A stretch of DNA of 64,000 nt from Octopus sinensis (GCF_006345805.1 NC_043021.1:5642001-5706000); one strand, 5' to 3'; shown: positions 12,644-25,402, counted from the first letter of the stretch. Notes: generated from the letters alone by a model not told the origin. Translations and numbers: made by a program.

Positions 12644-12844
12644 GGTATTTATGTAGTGAGCTTGTTGAAAAATAAAAATTTAAAAGATATATAAAATAAA
12701 GTTTGAACATTCTCCTTGTTGAAACTAATTAATGCTAGTCACGCGGGTAAGAGCGGTTGTCAAAATCTCTTTTAAGGTGGTTGATGAAAATTTGCTCCAA
12801 TAATTCCTTAGTTTGGAGGACGTGATTCTAACCACGGCTTTCCT

Positions 12845-13370
12845 CTTTTGATATTTCTTTCTTTCTTTTACCTTTTGCTTGTTTGAGTCATTGGGTTGCG
12901 ACCATTCTAGGGCACTGCCTTGAAGAGTTGGGTTTAGTCGAACAAATCGAGCCCGGTACTTATGCTAGTTTTTTGAAGTCTGGTACTTTATCATATCGGT
13001 CTGTTTTTGTCGAAACCGCTAAGCTAGGGTGACGTAAACAAACCAACGCTAGTTATCAAGCTATAGTGGGCGACAAAAACATCGATACACATACGGACAC
13101 ACACAGATCTATACGTGTGTGTGTGAGAGAGAGAGAGACAGAGTGACAGAGAGACAGAGAGACAGAGTGAGTGAGTGAGTGAGTAAATATATGTGTAAAT
13201 ATATACACAGCGGACTTCTTCACAGTTTTTGTCTACCAAATTCACTTACAAAGCGTTGCTGATCCCAGGGCTATCGCTGAAGGTACCTGCTTGTCTAAGG
13301 TGCCGCGCAGTGGAACAGAGCCTGAAATCTCGTGGTTGTAAAGAGAGCCTCTTTAGTAGACAGCTATGTC
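12845..13370 (-). mobile_element. diverged SINE family A
   Basis: Recognisable tail, internal microsatellite and head. Confidence 0.7.
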
Positions 13371-13717
13371 TACGCCTATATCAAACAACCTGTTTCACAA
13401 ACTTCCCAAAAATCAATTGTCTCCGCCCCCCCCTCCAGTGGACGGTGCTGAGTTGTCAAACATTTAAACCAAATTTTCTCAAAACAATTGTCAATGTAAA
13501 GAGATGAAACTATAAAGTGTTTAGAATTGAATTGAAAACAGAGACAATTGCGGAATTGGATAAGAGATTTGAGAAGAAAATAGGGAATAATGTGTATTGT
13601 ATTTCGGACAGGTAAGTGATGCTAGCGGATGGGGCCGTTAGCATCGCTTTCATCTACCATTTTCATTTTCCATTTTTTCATAAACAGGTAATTGTGATGT
13701 TTTATGTCCCCAATGTT

Positions 13718-14110
13718 ACTCTTTTACTCTTTTACTTGTTTCAGTCATTTTGACTGCAGCCATGCTGGAGCACTGCCTTTAATCGAGCAAATCGACCCCG
13801 GGACTTATTCTTTTTTGTAAGCCCAGTACTTATTCTATCGGTCTCTTTTGCTAAGTGACGGGGACGTAAACACACCAGCATCGGTTGTCAAGCAACGCTA
13901 GGGGGACAAACACAGACACACAAACACACATACATATATATATACATATATACGACGGGCTTCTTTCAGTTTCCGTCTACCAAATCCACTCACAAGGCAT
14001 TGGTCGGCCCGGGGCTATAGCAGAAGACACTTGCCCAAGATGCCACGCAGTGGGACTGAACCCGGAACCATGTGGTTGGTTAGCAAGCTACTTACCACAC
14101 AGCCACTCCT
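13718..14110 (-). mobile_element. SINE family A
   Basis: Full-length copy. Confidence 0.9.
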
Positions 14111-14544
14111 ATTCTGTATCTTCTACGTTGGCCCCTTGTGGGGTAATAAAGAAATCGAAAAGAGAAGTAGAGCGATAGAAAGACTGAAAGAAAGGTGGAA
14201 AGAACGATAGAACAAAAGGTGGAAAAATGAGAGGAACCAAATGCTAAGGTGAGAGCCGAAGAGAGCATAACTGGACAGGTGAGCGGTCAAAAACTAAAAG
14301 GTAAGGTGAAAGGAGAAACGGGATGGTCAGGTGGAATCGAAAAGGCAGGGGAGGGAGAGAAAACAGATAGTGAAGGGTAGAGAGGAGGGCGGTATCAGTC
14401 TCCTTGTTAATGAACCGTTGATTTACAGGGACATAAATGAACCAACACTCATTGTCAAGTGGTGGGCGGGTGGGGTCGGTGGAAAAACACAAAACACATA
14501 CGACGATGATGATGGGGAAGATGGCGCCGGAGATGATGATGCAT

Positions 14545-15205
14545 AGGTGGTGGTGGTGGTGCTGCTGCTGCTGGTGGTGGTGGTGGTGGTGGTGGTAGTG
14601 GTGCTGGTGCTGGTGGAGGAGGCGGTGGCGGCGGTGGTGGTGGTGGTGTTGGTGGTGGTTGGTGGTGGTGGTGGTGGTGGTGGTGGTGGTGGTGGTGCTG
14701 CTGCTGCTGGTGGTGGTGGTGGTGGTGGTGGTAGTGGTGGTGCTGGTGCTGGTGGAGGAGGCGGTGGCGGCGGTGGTGGTGGTGGTGTGGTGGTGATGTG
14801 GTGGTGGTGGTGGTGGTGTAGTGGTGCTGGTGCTGGTGCTGGTGGAGGAGGCGGTGGCGGCGGTGGTGGTGGTGGTGGTTGGTGGTGGTGGTGGTGGTGT
14901 GGCGGCGGCGGGGTGGTGGTGGTGGTGGTGATGTGGTGGTGGTGGTGGTGGTGGTGATGTGGTGTGGTGGTGGTGGTGGTGGTGGTGGGGTGGCGGCGGC
15001 GGTGGTGGTGGTGGTGGTGGTTGGTGGTGGTGGTGGTGGTGGTGGCGGCGGCGGTGGTGGTGGTGGTGGTGGTGATGTGGTGGTGGTGGTGGTGGTGGTG
15101 ATGTGGTGGTGGTGGTAGTGGTGGTGCTGGTGCTGGGGTGGCGGCGGCGGTGGTGGTGGTGGTGGTGGTGGCGGCGGCGGCGGCGGCGGCGGCAGCGGCA
15201 GCAGC
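14545..15205. repeat. (GGT/GGC)n G-rich trinucleotide array
   Basis: Read directly. The sub-block GTAGTGGTGCTGGTGCTGGTGGAGGAGGCGG recurs three times. Confidence 0.9.
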
Positions 15206-15729
15206 CATCGTGGCACTGGTCTAGGAGTGATGGTAATGTGGGATTGAGATGGTGTGAAAACAAAGAACAGAAAAATTTTTATTTTTTAAAAAAGATATTT
15301 CATTCATTTATTTATTTATTTATTTCATTTTTGTTTTTTTCCTTTTTCTGTCTGAAACAAGTGAAGACGCCATGAAAAAGCCCAACAGCCAATTTTTAAA
15401 AAAGATGTCGTCAATCTTGTTACAACAACAGCAACAACAACAACAACAACAAACAGCAGAAGCAACAAAAACCACAACAGCAGATAGAACAGAAACAATA
15501 TGAACCCCCCCTCAAACACACGCGCGCGCACGTGCACGCACATGCGCACACACTAACACATTCCGACTGCTGCAAGATGAAAGGTGACATTTAAAAAGTT
15601 CTAAGAAAGAAAAAGGTTTATTAGATAAAGAAAAGAAAGAAAGAAAAAGAAAAGATAAAGAAAAAAGTATTTAATTTAAAGTGTAGAAGAGTGGAATGAA
15701 GTCAGAAAGAGAAAAGATAAAGGAATAAA

Positions 15730-16260
<531 letters not shown>

Positions 16261-16525
16261 GATCAGTTAAAACATGTTAAAAAAAAGGCAATTTTCGTTG
16301 CTGCTTGCTGTTGAGCAAATTTATCGCTTTCGGCATAGGTATGCAAAACACCAACAATGAAAGCATTTGTAGCTCATGGCTGTCATCAGTACCATATACC
16401 GCAAGAGAGACAACTCTGAGATGACTCTGAAAGTCTTTGCCCCGTTATAGTAGATTAGTATCAAAACGTGTGGACTAATTACATGCAACGCCGGCCAAGG
16501 CAAGAACAAAATAGTGTAGTAGACA

Positions 16526-16570
<45 letters not shown>

Positions 16571-16888
16571 TATAGAGAGAGAGACAGACAGACAGATAGA
16601 AAAAGATAGAAGAGAGAGAGTGTGTGTGTCTGTGTGAGAGCGAGATTGTTTATAAGATATTTATACCGACTTACGTACGTTTCATTAACGTTAAGTGATT
16701 AGTTACATAATGAAATTACATAATCAAGACTTAATTGCACGATGGTGAATACTGCTAGCTTTTAAATGCAATTATATTGCGTATACTAGTTACATGTCTC
16801 TGATGATATATATTAGCGGAGATACCCGGCGTTGCTTGGGATTAAAATGGCCTAGTTTGTATATATATATGTATGTATATATCTGTAT

Positions 16889-17430
16889 GTCAAGTCACTT
16901 TCGAGTGCTACTGGTAACATGTAACCCAGTACAACCTGTTGCATGGTCGGGTCGTCGGCAACTAAACCGGCAACCCCACCAAGCTTGCTTGGTGAGGAGG
17001 GTGTTTATTGGACACCCTGCGGGATGAAAAACAAAACCCGTCAAAGGGCGGAGGAACTCTTGAGAGTCAACGGCCATCCAATAAATGTTTTTTTTTTTTT
17101 AAGGCTTAAGGCTGTATCATGCGCGGGGACATAGAAATAATCGGACTGAATACCCGATCGCGCGGTTAAACCATTGGGAGTGAAGGACTCCTAGCCTTTG
17201 TTAGGGCATCCTTCTAGGAGAAGGTAACTCAGATAACTGGGATAACTCCGACATAAAACCTACGGCTCAGTGGTTACCGATGATGTTGACTTGTTCTTCT
17301 TTTCGGATTATGGCTGCTGTTGCTTAGTGAGTGGGATTGACTCAGTGCACAGCCTTTCCTCACTTCGAAAAAATATATTTTTGCACAGGTATTGCACGAT
17401 AACTACATTGGATTGATTAAAGTGATTAAC
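16889..17430 (+). mobile_element. probable structured 5' leader of an RTE-type LINE
   Basis: GC-richer island with several hairpins (CACT-TTCG-AGTG, TACTGG..CCAGTA, GGGTGT..ACACCC) and CTAGGAGAAGG..AACTC..AAACC resembling RTE 5' ends. No intact ORF. Confidence 0.4.
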
Positions 17431-17482
17431 TAATTCATGATTGTTGATAGTTCTGTGAGTCTCAACATAATATATATATACA

Positions 17483-17997
17483 CTAGCAGTATCGCCCGGC
17501 GTTGCTCGGGTTTGTAAGGGAAATAACTATATAAGCATTTTTAGAGAGTTACTTCCTTTATAGATGCCAATTCGGGCTTTCTTAGCCATTTCTGTTTTGG
17601 TGTCTTCAAGCCATGAAGTCGTTGTTCTAAAAGAACGCTGGTCTCCTTGACAACGCATTACGACGTTGATTTCCTTAAACTCCCTTCCCCACAGCTTCAC
17701 GAGGAGGGAAGAAGGGGGAGAAGCAAACACAGGTGCAGGTGTTTGAGCGTGGACGCCAACTCCGCCACCATCGACACACGAAAAATTATGCATAAAATGG
17801 AATAAAAAATGATGTTAAATTATTTTTAAAATCGTAGACTCATCGTAGACGCGCGCTAATAGCCAGACGGGCTCGATATTAATCACGACTATAAGATACC
17901 CGAATTTGGTTAAACTGCACCGCAAAATGTGGGAGGAGTTAGGAATCTAAATCGTAGGAGACAGACACTCACACAACTACAGTTTTATATATATACA
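17483..17997 (-). mobile_element. non-autonomous Helitron (long subfamily)
   Basis: 3' hairpin plus CTAG|T at 17483. Reverse complement of 26835-27349. Confidence 0.85.
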
Positions 17998-19218
17998 TAT
18001 TACAGTCATGTTGAAACAGGTGGTACAGGAAAATGCAGCATTGACGACAAAACATTTGTGGAGTAAATTTTAAAGCTTTGCATGAACGACTATATGAGTT
18101 TAGCACACCAATTTGGACAGAATTATCATTTTTATAAGAATGGGATGGATCATGTCTGAAAGCAGGTCCAGGTGTTGTAACGAATTTGTACGTGGTCTGT
18201 TTCTGAGAGCTATTCTATTGGACTTCTGTGTAATATGACGAGCTAAACCTCGTTTTAATGATTCAGCATTAAGTCGACTAAATGCGGTGCTCCATCATGG
18301 CCACAGTCAAATGACTGAAACAAGTAAAACAGTAAAATAATTCAGAAATATTAAATTTCTAAATATCTCATAGAGATATATGCGGTGGTGGAGAGATAGA
18401 GTGAGCTGTTGGGGGTGTTTGTCTCCCCTCCGTAAATATATAAGGACACAGGAAACGTGTCACGGCCGACAGGAAGCGTCGATGCTTCCTAGGGCTAAAC
18501 AGCGGTGAGTAATTCCCTTCACGGGACTGTCACGTTAAGTTAACAGTATATAACCACTCAGTAAAATAATTAATTTTACAAATGTGAATGAAATTCAGTT
18601 TAGATAACTCTGAGTTTGTAAAGTACAGAGTTATGTAACTTGAATAAAATCACACTTTCTCGGATGTAAAATCTTATTTTGTTGGAGATTTCTAAATATT
18701 GGATGAGCAACGACATTTCGTCGGTGGAGCAAGATTTGATTACCTCTGATGGAGTAACTTCAGATTATTAGCGGAAGAATAATTCTCCTTGTTATTCATC
18801 AATTCTGTCACAAATTATAATTATTTACGACTGTGATTTTCTTTCGTTTTACTTTTATCTTATACTTATTTCAGTCATTGAAGTGCAGCCATGAAGTAGC
18901 CCCCCCCCCCTAGAAGGGTTTTAGTCGAACGAATCGACCCTAATACTTACTTTATTAAGGCCTTGTACGTATTTAATTGACCTTTCTTTACCGAACCGCT
19001 AGGCTACGTGGATGTAGACAAAACCATACAGCGTGCCTGCTTAATTGGTGCTGGCTGTGACTTAACATCAGTAAATGTGGTTTTTGTATAATGTATGTGA
19101 CAGTGAGAAACAGAAATTATGAAATATCGAAGCTGTAAGTTTGGAACAATTACAAGTATTTGCATTATTTACATTATTTACATTCGACGGATATTTTGTC
19201 CTCGTCTTGTTTGTTGTT

Positions 19219-19264
19219 AACACAAGGTTTCGGCTGATATACCCTCCAGCCTTCATCAGGTGTC
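19219..19264 (-). ncRNA. degenerate Penelope-type hammerhead motif
   Basis: Minus: GACAC-CTGATGA-a-GGCTGG..TCAGCC-GAAA-CCT-T-GTGTT. Stems I and II are intact, but stem III is ACCT rather than the ACGT palindrome and there is an extra A after the core. Confidence 0.5.
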
Positions 19265-19379
19265 TTGAGGAGATTTCGAACCTGGGTTCTCATTCCTAAG
19301 GTATTTTGCGTTGTTGTTGTGTCCACGGGCAATATGGCTCAGTGGTTAAAAGTGCGGGCTATTAACCCCAAGATGACGT

Positions 19380-19598
19380 CTATTGAGGTGAAAACATTCT
19401 GTGCTGTATGAATATGTCCCTCGTTTAAGAAACAGATTGGGTTTATTTACATTTCTGAAGAAAAAATGATACCCTTCCAGCCCACCCCTAACCCTAAAAC
19501 AGTTTGAAATGCAATAGATCGATTCTAGGGTCATAATTATGGGTGACATTTTCATATGACACCGCTAGAAAAAACTGCCGTTCAAACCGAAAAGATCC
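19380..19598. mobile_element. partial Merlin-like MITE (one end only)
   Basis: Ends CCGTTCAAACCGAAAAGATCC, like the TIRs at 4910 and 7268. Confidence 0.55.
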
Positions 19599-19847
19599 TA
19601 TTCCATTTACAAAGTTCCATAGCAATGGTTTGTTTATCACTGATTCACTTACCACTGTATTTTTCTAGAATCAAACACCAGTCTTAAATGAGAACGGATG
19701 TATAAATATTATAATAGTATGCAGTGGTTCTAGAGTGGTGGTCGTGCTGAAGGAATACGTTGCTGGAAAAGAACTATCAAGGAGTGAAAAACATGCAAAG
19801 ACAAATTTAAAATACAAAACAAATAGTTACAAACAAAGAGAGGGAAG

Positions 19848-20232
19848 GGAAGCACTCCATCGGTTACGACGACGAGGGTTCCGGTTGATCCGAATCAACG
19901 GAACAGCCTGCTTGTGAAATTGACATGTAAGTGGCTGAGCACTCCACCGACATGTGTACCCTTAACGTAGTTCTCGGGGATATTCAGCGTGACACAGAGA
20001 GTGACAAGGCTTTCGCCCCTTTGAAATACAGGTACAACAGAAACAGGAAGTAAGAGTGAGAGAAAGTTGTGGTGAAAGAGTACAGCAGGGATCACCACCA
20101 TCCCCTGCCGGAGCCTCGTGGAGCTTTAGGTGTTTTCGCTCAATAAACACTCACAACGCCCGGTCTGGGAATCGAAACCGCGATCCTATGACCGCGAGTC
20201 CGCTGCCCTAACCACTGGGCCATTGCGCCTCC
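19848..20232 (-). mobile_element. tRNA-derived SINE family C
   Basis: Head GGAGGCGCAATGGCCCAGTGGTTAG, B box GGTTTCGATTCC. A 13-bp TSD ACAAACAAAGAGA lies at 19829-19841 and 20235-20247. Confidence 0.85.
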
Positions 20233-20699
20233 ACACAAACAAAGAGAAATAAATGAAAAATAATTAAATGCAAATGCATCAATATAACAGGTGTTGTAAT
20301 TGAATTAATAAGTAACTAAAAACAAATATTTAAAAATAATTAAACATTTTCTCTTTATTAATTTACTCTCATCCCAGCCATAAAAACATAATTAAAAAAA
20401 TTTTTGTCAATTATTTTTTTCCACAGATTCAAAAAAAAAAAAAAAGAGAAAACAGAACTTTGAGAGATTGAACCAACAATATATTCTTCACAATAAACAC
20501 AATAAATTATTTATAAAAGAATTAGAGTAAAAAAAAAAACCCACTTGTAAAATACTACTTTAAAACACTATTTTGGTATGTCTAGCAGGAGAAAAATATA
20601 ATACACACACGTACACATATATATACATACATACACATACATACATGCATGCAGACATACAGACATACATAACCTGAATTTTACATGTTATATGCATAT

Positions 20700-21013
20700 T
20701 ATTGTTTGTATATATATATATATAATATATATAAAATATATATATATACATATATTATATAATATATATATATATATATATGTATATAAAATATATATAT
20801 ACATATATTATATAATATATATATATATATATATATGTATATAAAATATATATATACATATATTATATATATATAATATATATATATATATGTATATAAA
20901 AATATAGATATACATATATTATATAATATATATATATATATATGTATATAAAATATATATACATATATTATATAATATATATATATATGTATATAAAATA
21001 TATATACATATAT

Positions 21014-21050
<37 letters not shown>

Positions 21051-21271
21051 TATATATACATATATTATATAATATATATATATATATATTATATGTATAT
21101 AAAATATAGATATACATATATTATATATAATATATATATATATATATATGTATATAAAATATATATATATATATTATATAATATATATATATATATTGTA
21201 TATAAAATATAGATATACATATATAATATATAATATATATATATGTATATAAAATATAGATATACATATAT

Positions 21272-21310
<39 letters not shown>

Positions 21311-21344
21311 AAATATAGATATATACATATATTATATAATATAT

Positions 21345-21380
<36 letters not shown>
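20700..21380. repeat. (TA)n array with a roughly 55-bp higher-order unit
   Basis: GTATATAAAATATA(G/T)ATACATATATTATATAA recurs about ten times. Confidence 0.85.
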
Positions 21381-21381
<1 letters not shown>

Positions 21382-21639
21382 ATGTATCATACACACAAAC
21401 ATCTCACTATGTGTAGTGTGTGTGTGTGTGTGTACACCTTAAACAATTACTCCAAAATTTCACAAAAGAAGGCTTTTCAAAAATAACAGTCTGAAAGAGA
21501 GTTTTGTTATGTGAAACTTTGAACTAATTATGAATCTAGCAAAAATATTTGTTTTACATTAACAGATATATATATTTATAAACACCTATATAAATACATA
21601 TAACACACTCAGAATATATTCTTTCTTTTCTTTTCTTTC

Positions 21640-22037
21640 TTTTACTTGTTTCAGTTATTTGACTGCGACCATGCTGGAGCACCGCCTTTAGTCGGGCAAA
21701 TCGACCCCGGGACTTATTCTTTGTAAGCCCAGTACTTATTCTATCGGTCTCTTTTTTGCCGAACCGCTAAGTAACGGGAACATAAATACACCAGCATCGG
21801 TTGTCAAGCAATGCTAGGGGGACAAACACAGACATACAAACACACACACACATATATATATATATACATATATACGACAGGCTTCTTTCAGTTTCCGTCT
21901 ACCAAATCCACTCACAAGGCATTGGTCGGCCCGGGGCTATAGCAGAAGACACTTGCCCAAGATGCCACGCAGTGGGACTGAACCCGGAACCATGTGGTCG
22001 GTTAGTAAGCTACTTACCACACAGCCACTCCTGTGCC
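21640..22037 (-). mobile_element. SINE family A
   Basis: Full-length copy. Confidence 0.9.
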
Positions 22038-22684
22038 TATATATATATATATATATATATAACACAAAACACACATATACATTTGACATGTAATGTACTT
22101 ATGGGCATGTGTAAATTCTTAATATTTTTTTGTCCAAAAACTCTGGAGAGTGATGTCTGCTTGACTGGCATCAATCTCATTGCTGTTGGAGGGACTGCTA
22201 CAGCCATAGCTATGACCTCTTTCAGGTTCACCAAGAAAAGGAAATATGAAAAAAAAATTGTATGTATGTATACACAAACATTATATGCAGCTATGAACAT
22301 ATACACACATACAAGTACATAATATTCATAAATGTATACATAAATATATATCACCATCATCATCGCTGTTGCCGTCTAACGTCCGCTTTCCATGCTGGCA
22401 TGGGTTGGACATATATACCAGAGTTTGTATGGTTGTGTATAGGTCAATATATTAATCAATGAAATTCTCAAATAGTCTAATTTTTGGGTTTTATTTTTAT
22501 ACTTTTTACAATTTTACAATATTACACATTACAAATTCCACCAAGCTCAACTTTGCTTTTCAGTTTTTCAGCTTCAACAAATTAAATATCAACATAGTGC
22601 TAGGGTTGATGTCATCAACTTGCTCTTTTCTCTAAATTTCAGATCTTGTGCATATAGTAGAAAGGAGTATTACATATTCAAATA

Positions 22685-22855
22685 ATACAAGTACTCTCAT
22701 GCTTTTAGCAATCTTCAGATTTATGTAATAACAGCTTTAACTGATAGCGGTAATTCCCAATTGACAACAGTTGTCAACTGTGAAGCACAATTGTCTGTTA
22801 AAGTTCTAAGCACATAAGCCTGAAGATTGCAGAAAGCATGAAAATACTTGTGTTA
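22685..22855. repeat. fold-back with hammerhead-like arms
   Basis: Inverted arms, each CTGAAGA-TTGC-loop-GCAT-GA(A/G)A-(G/A)TACTTGT. Central hairpin TTGACAAC-A-GTTGTCAA at 22761-22777. Confidence 0.55.
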
Positions 22856-23027
22856 ATGTAATATGTAATACAGTAAAATTGTAAAAATTACTAAGATGAA
22901 ACCTGAAAATCAGACAATGTTCAAATTTCATAGACATACATTACATAAATATATACACACACATGCATTATATCTATGTATACATATATGCACACACATT
23001 TTGTGTGTGTGTGTATATATATATATC

Positions 23028-23334
23028 ACATGATCACGTGACCGACCAGGCTATCAGATGTTGCTACACATCGCTGGTCACAATGCGCTTCGCATTGTTT
23101 TAGCCTCCAAATGACGCCACCCCGCTGGCTAAGCGAGCAGGCCAACTGAAGAAAGAGTGAGAGAAAGTCGTGGCGAAAGTGTACAGTAGGGATCGCCACC
23201 ACCCCCTGCCAGAGCCTCGTGGAGCTTTAGGTGTTTTTCGCTCAATAAACACTCACAACGCCCGGTGTGGGAATCGAAACCGCGATCCTACAACCGCAAG
23301 TCCACTGCCCTAACCACTGGGCTATTGCGCCTCC
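23028..23334 (-). mobile_element. SINE family C variant (different 3' half)
   Basis: Head and first roughly 180 bp are shared with 19848-20232; the 3' part is different. Confidence 0.8.
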
Positions 23335-23335
23335 A

Positions 23336-23369
<34 letters not shown>

Positions 23370-23669
23370 CGCATCATATAAACATGCACATATATGAATA
23401 TTATAATTTATGCAAGGATGTTTGTGTGTGTATATGAGTATAAACACACACACATCTATAAATATATATTAAATTAAATCTTGCAAAATATACAATACTA
23501 TTTCTAACATGGCACATGGATATCAATATATATCAAGATACATACACATACATACATATCAATATCATGTGACAGAGCTGATTAAAATAAATATACATTT
23601 AAATCATCTAAAGAAACTGGAACCAATGTAATCTATATGTACATATATTATAAATATTCTGTACCAGTA

Positions 23670-23723
23670 CCCAGACTTTGAGACTTCAAAGTTTCATGTG
23701 TTACATACACAATCATCAGTGGA
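23670..23723 (-). ncRNA. type I hammerhead ribozyme motif with full stem III
   Basis: Minus: TCCA-CTGATGA-t.TGTGT-atgta-ACACA.t-GAAA-CTTTGA-agtc-TCAAAG-TC-TGGG. Stem III is 7 bp, the cleavage triplet is GUC (23674/23673), and there is a U.U pair at 10.1/11.1. Confidence 0.65.
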
Positions 23724-24495
23724 AGAGAATGTTTTATAATCATACATAATTTGTACATACTGATTATTTGTTTCCTCTATATTTGGATGTTTTTTTTCAT
23801 GTTCATTAATGCACACAACACACACACATACACACGTGTGTGAGTGAGTGAGCATGTGTGTGTGTGTGTGTGCATCTATACCAATCAAATTCAAACAATG
23901 TGTAAAATACTGATACAAAGCAATGTTAAAACATAGTCGATATAAAGTTATATTTTGTTTTTGGTCCTTCATCATGGCAGTTTAAAGTGTATATATGTAT
24001 GTATATATGTCGTGCGTGTGTGTGTGTGTGTTGTTACACAGGGTTTAAATCAGTTACATCGACCCCTAGTGTTCAAGTGATACTTATTTTATCGAACTTC
24101 AAAGGATGAAAGGCAAAGTCGACCTCAGCAGAATTTGAACTCACAGCGTAAGAACTGACAAAATGCCGCTAAGAATTTTGCCCGGCGTGCTAATGATTCT
24201 GCCAGCTCATCGCCTTCTTATAATAATATATAATAATATAATACGCTGTGAGTTTGAATTCTGCTGAGGTCGACTTTGCCTTTCATCCTTTGAAGGTCGA
24301 TAAAGTATCAGTTGAACTCTGGGGGGGTCGATGTAACTGACCTTTCCTCAGTTTGTTACTATATATTGTATATGTGTGTGTGTGTATGTGTATACACACA
24401 AACACACACACACACAGTCAACGTCCGATCTATGATGAACAGCCAGACACACACACACATATATACATGCACACACATATATATATTACATATAT

Positions 24496-24535
<40 letters not shown>

Positions 24536-24650
24536 CCCTCTCTCTCTCTTTCGGAGAGGCACAAGCACCTACACGCACATATACACACATGGCAGAAACT
24601 TCCGCCTGCCGTATTCACAAATAAAGCTTCATATATATATATATATATAT

Positions 24651-24841
24651 ACTCTTTTACTTGTTTCAGTCATTTGACTGCGGCCATGCTGGAGCACCGC
24701 CTTTAGTCGAGCAACTCGACCCCGGGACTTATTCTTTTTTGTAAGCCCAGTACTTATTCTATCGGTCTCTTTTGCCGAACCGCTAAGAACGGGGACATAC
24801 GCACGCCAGCATCGGTTGTCAAGCAATGCTAGGGGGGACAA

Positions 24842-24872
<31 letters not shown>

Positions 24873-24879
24873 ATACAAT

Positions 24880-24911
<32 letters not shown>

Positions 24912-25158
24912 ATATATACATATATATTATATATAACATATATATATATATATATTATATATATATATATATATATATTACATATTATATATATACGACA
25001 GGGTTCTTTCAGTTTCCGTCTACCAAATACTCACACAAAGGCTTTGGTCGGCCCGAGGCTATAGTAGAAGACACTTGCCCGAGGTGCCACACAGTGGGAC
25101 TGAACCCGGAACCATGTGGTTGGTAAGCAAGCTACTTACCACACAGCCACTCCTGCGC
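24651..25158 (-). mobile_element. SINE family A
   Basis: Full-length copy with an expanded TA tract. Confidence 0.9.
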
Positions 25159-25358
25159 ATATATATATATATATATATAATACATATATACATATATATA
25201 TATAATACATATATATATATATAATACATATATACACACACACATATATATATATATACACGCGTACATACACATACATATATGTGGTTTTCCTAAAAGG
25301 CTTATTAACTGATTTCAGCATAGAGACAGGAGGAGGAGGAGGAAAAGAAGAGAGAGGA

Positions 25359-25402
<44 letters not shown>

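Larger units (their letters stand above)
11522..12680 (-). mobile_element. tandem 370-bp hammerhead-containing repeat (non-LTR retrozyme-like)
   Basis: Units start at 11522 and 11892 (period 370) and differ by about six transitions over about 345 bp. Each holds a type I hammerhead. A short remainder at about 12645-12680 is separated by a SINE B dimer. Confidence 0.8.

Noticed and set aside
13885-14178. recurrent MSSNARGTNTD..HSQG..RCHAVGLNPEPCG ORFs (also 4318, 21801, 59784 and others)
   Set aside because: They are translations of SINE family A.
16310-16400. CTGATGA...GAAA on the minus strand
   Set aside because: A stem III can be drawn, but stems I and II do not pair.
17527-17793. recurrent MHNFSCVDGGGVG.. 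ORF (also 27042 and 35593)
   Set aside because: It is a reading frame through a non-autonomous Helitron insert, with frame differences among copies and no Rep/Hel motifs.
20160-20232. tRNA-like sequences (SINE A, B and C heads; 19327-19375)
   Set aside because: They have A/B boxes but no closed acceptor stem, and they continue into SINE bodies. No true tRNA gene is supported.
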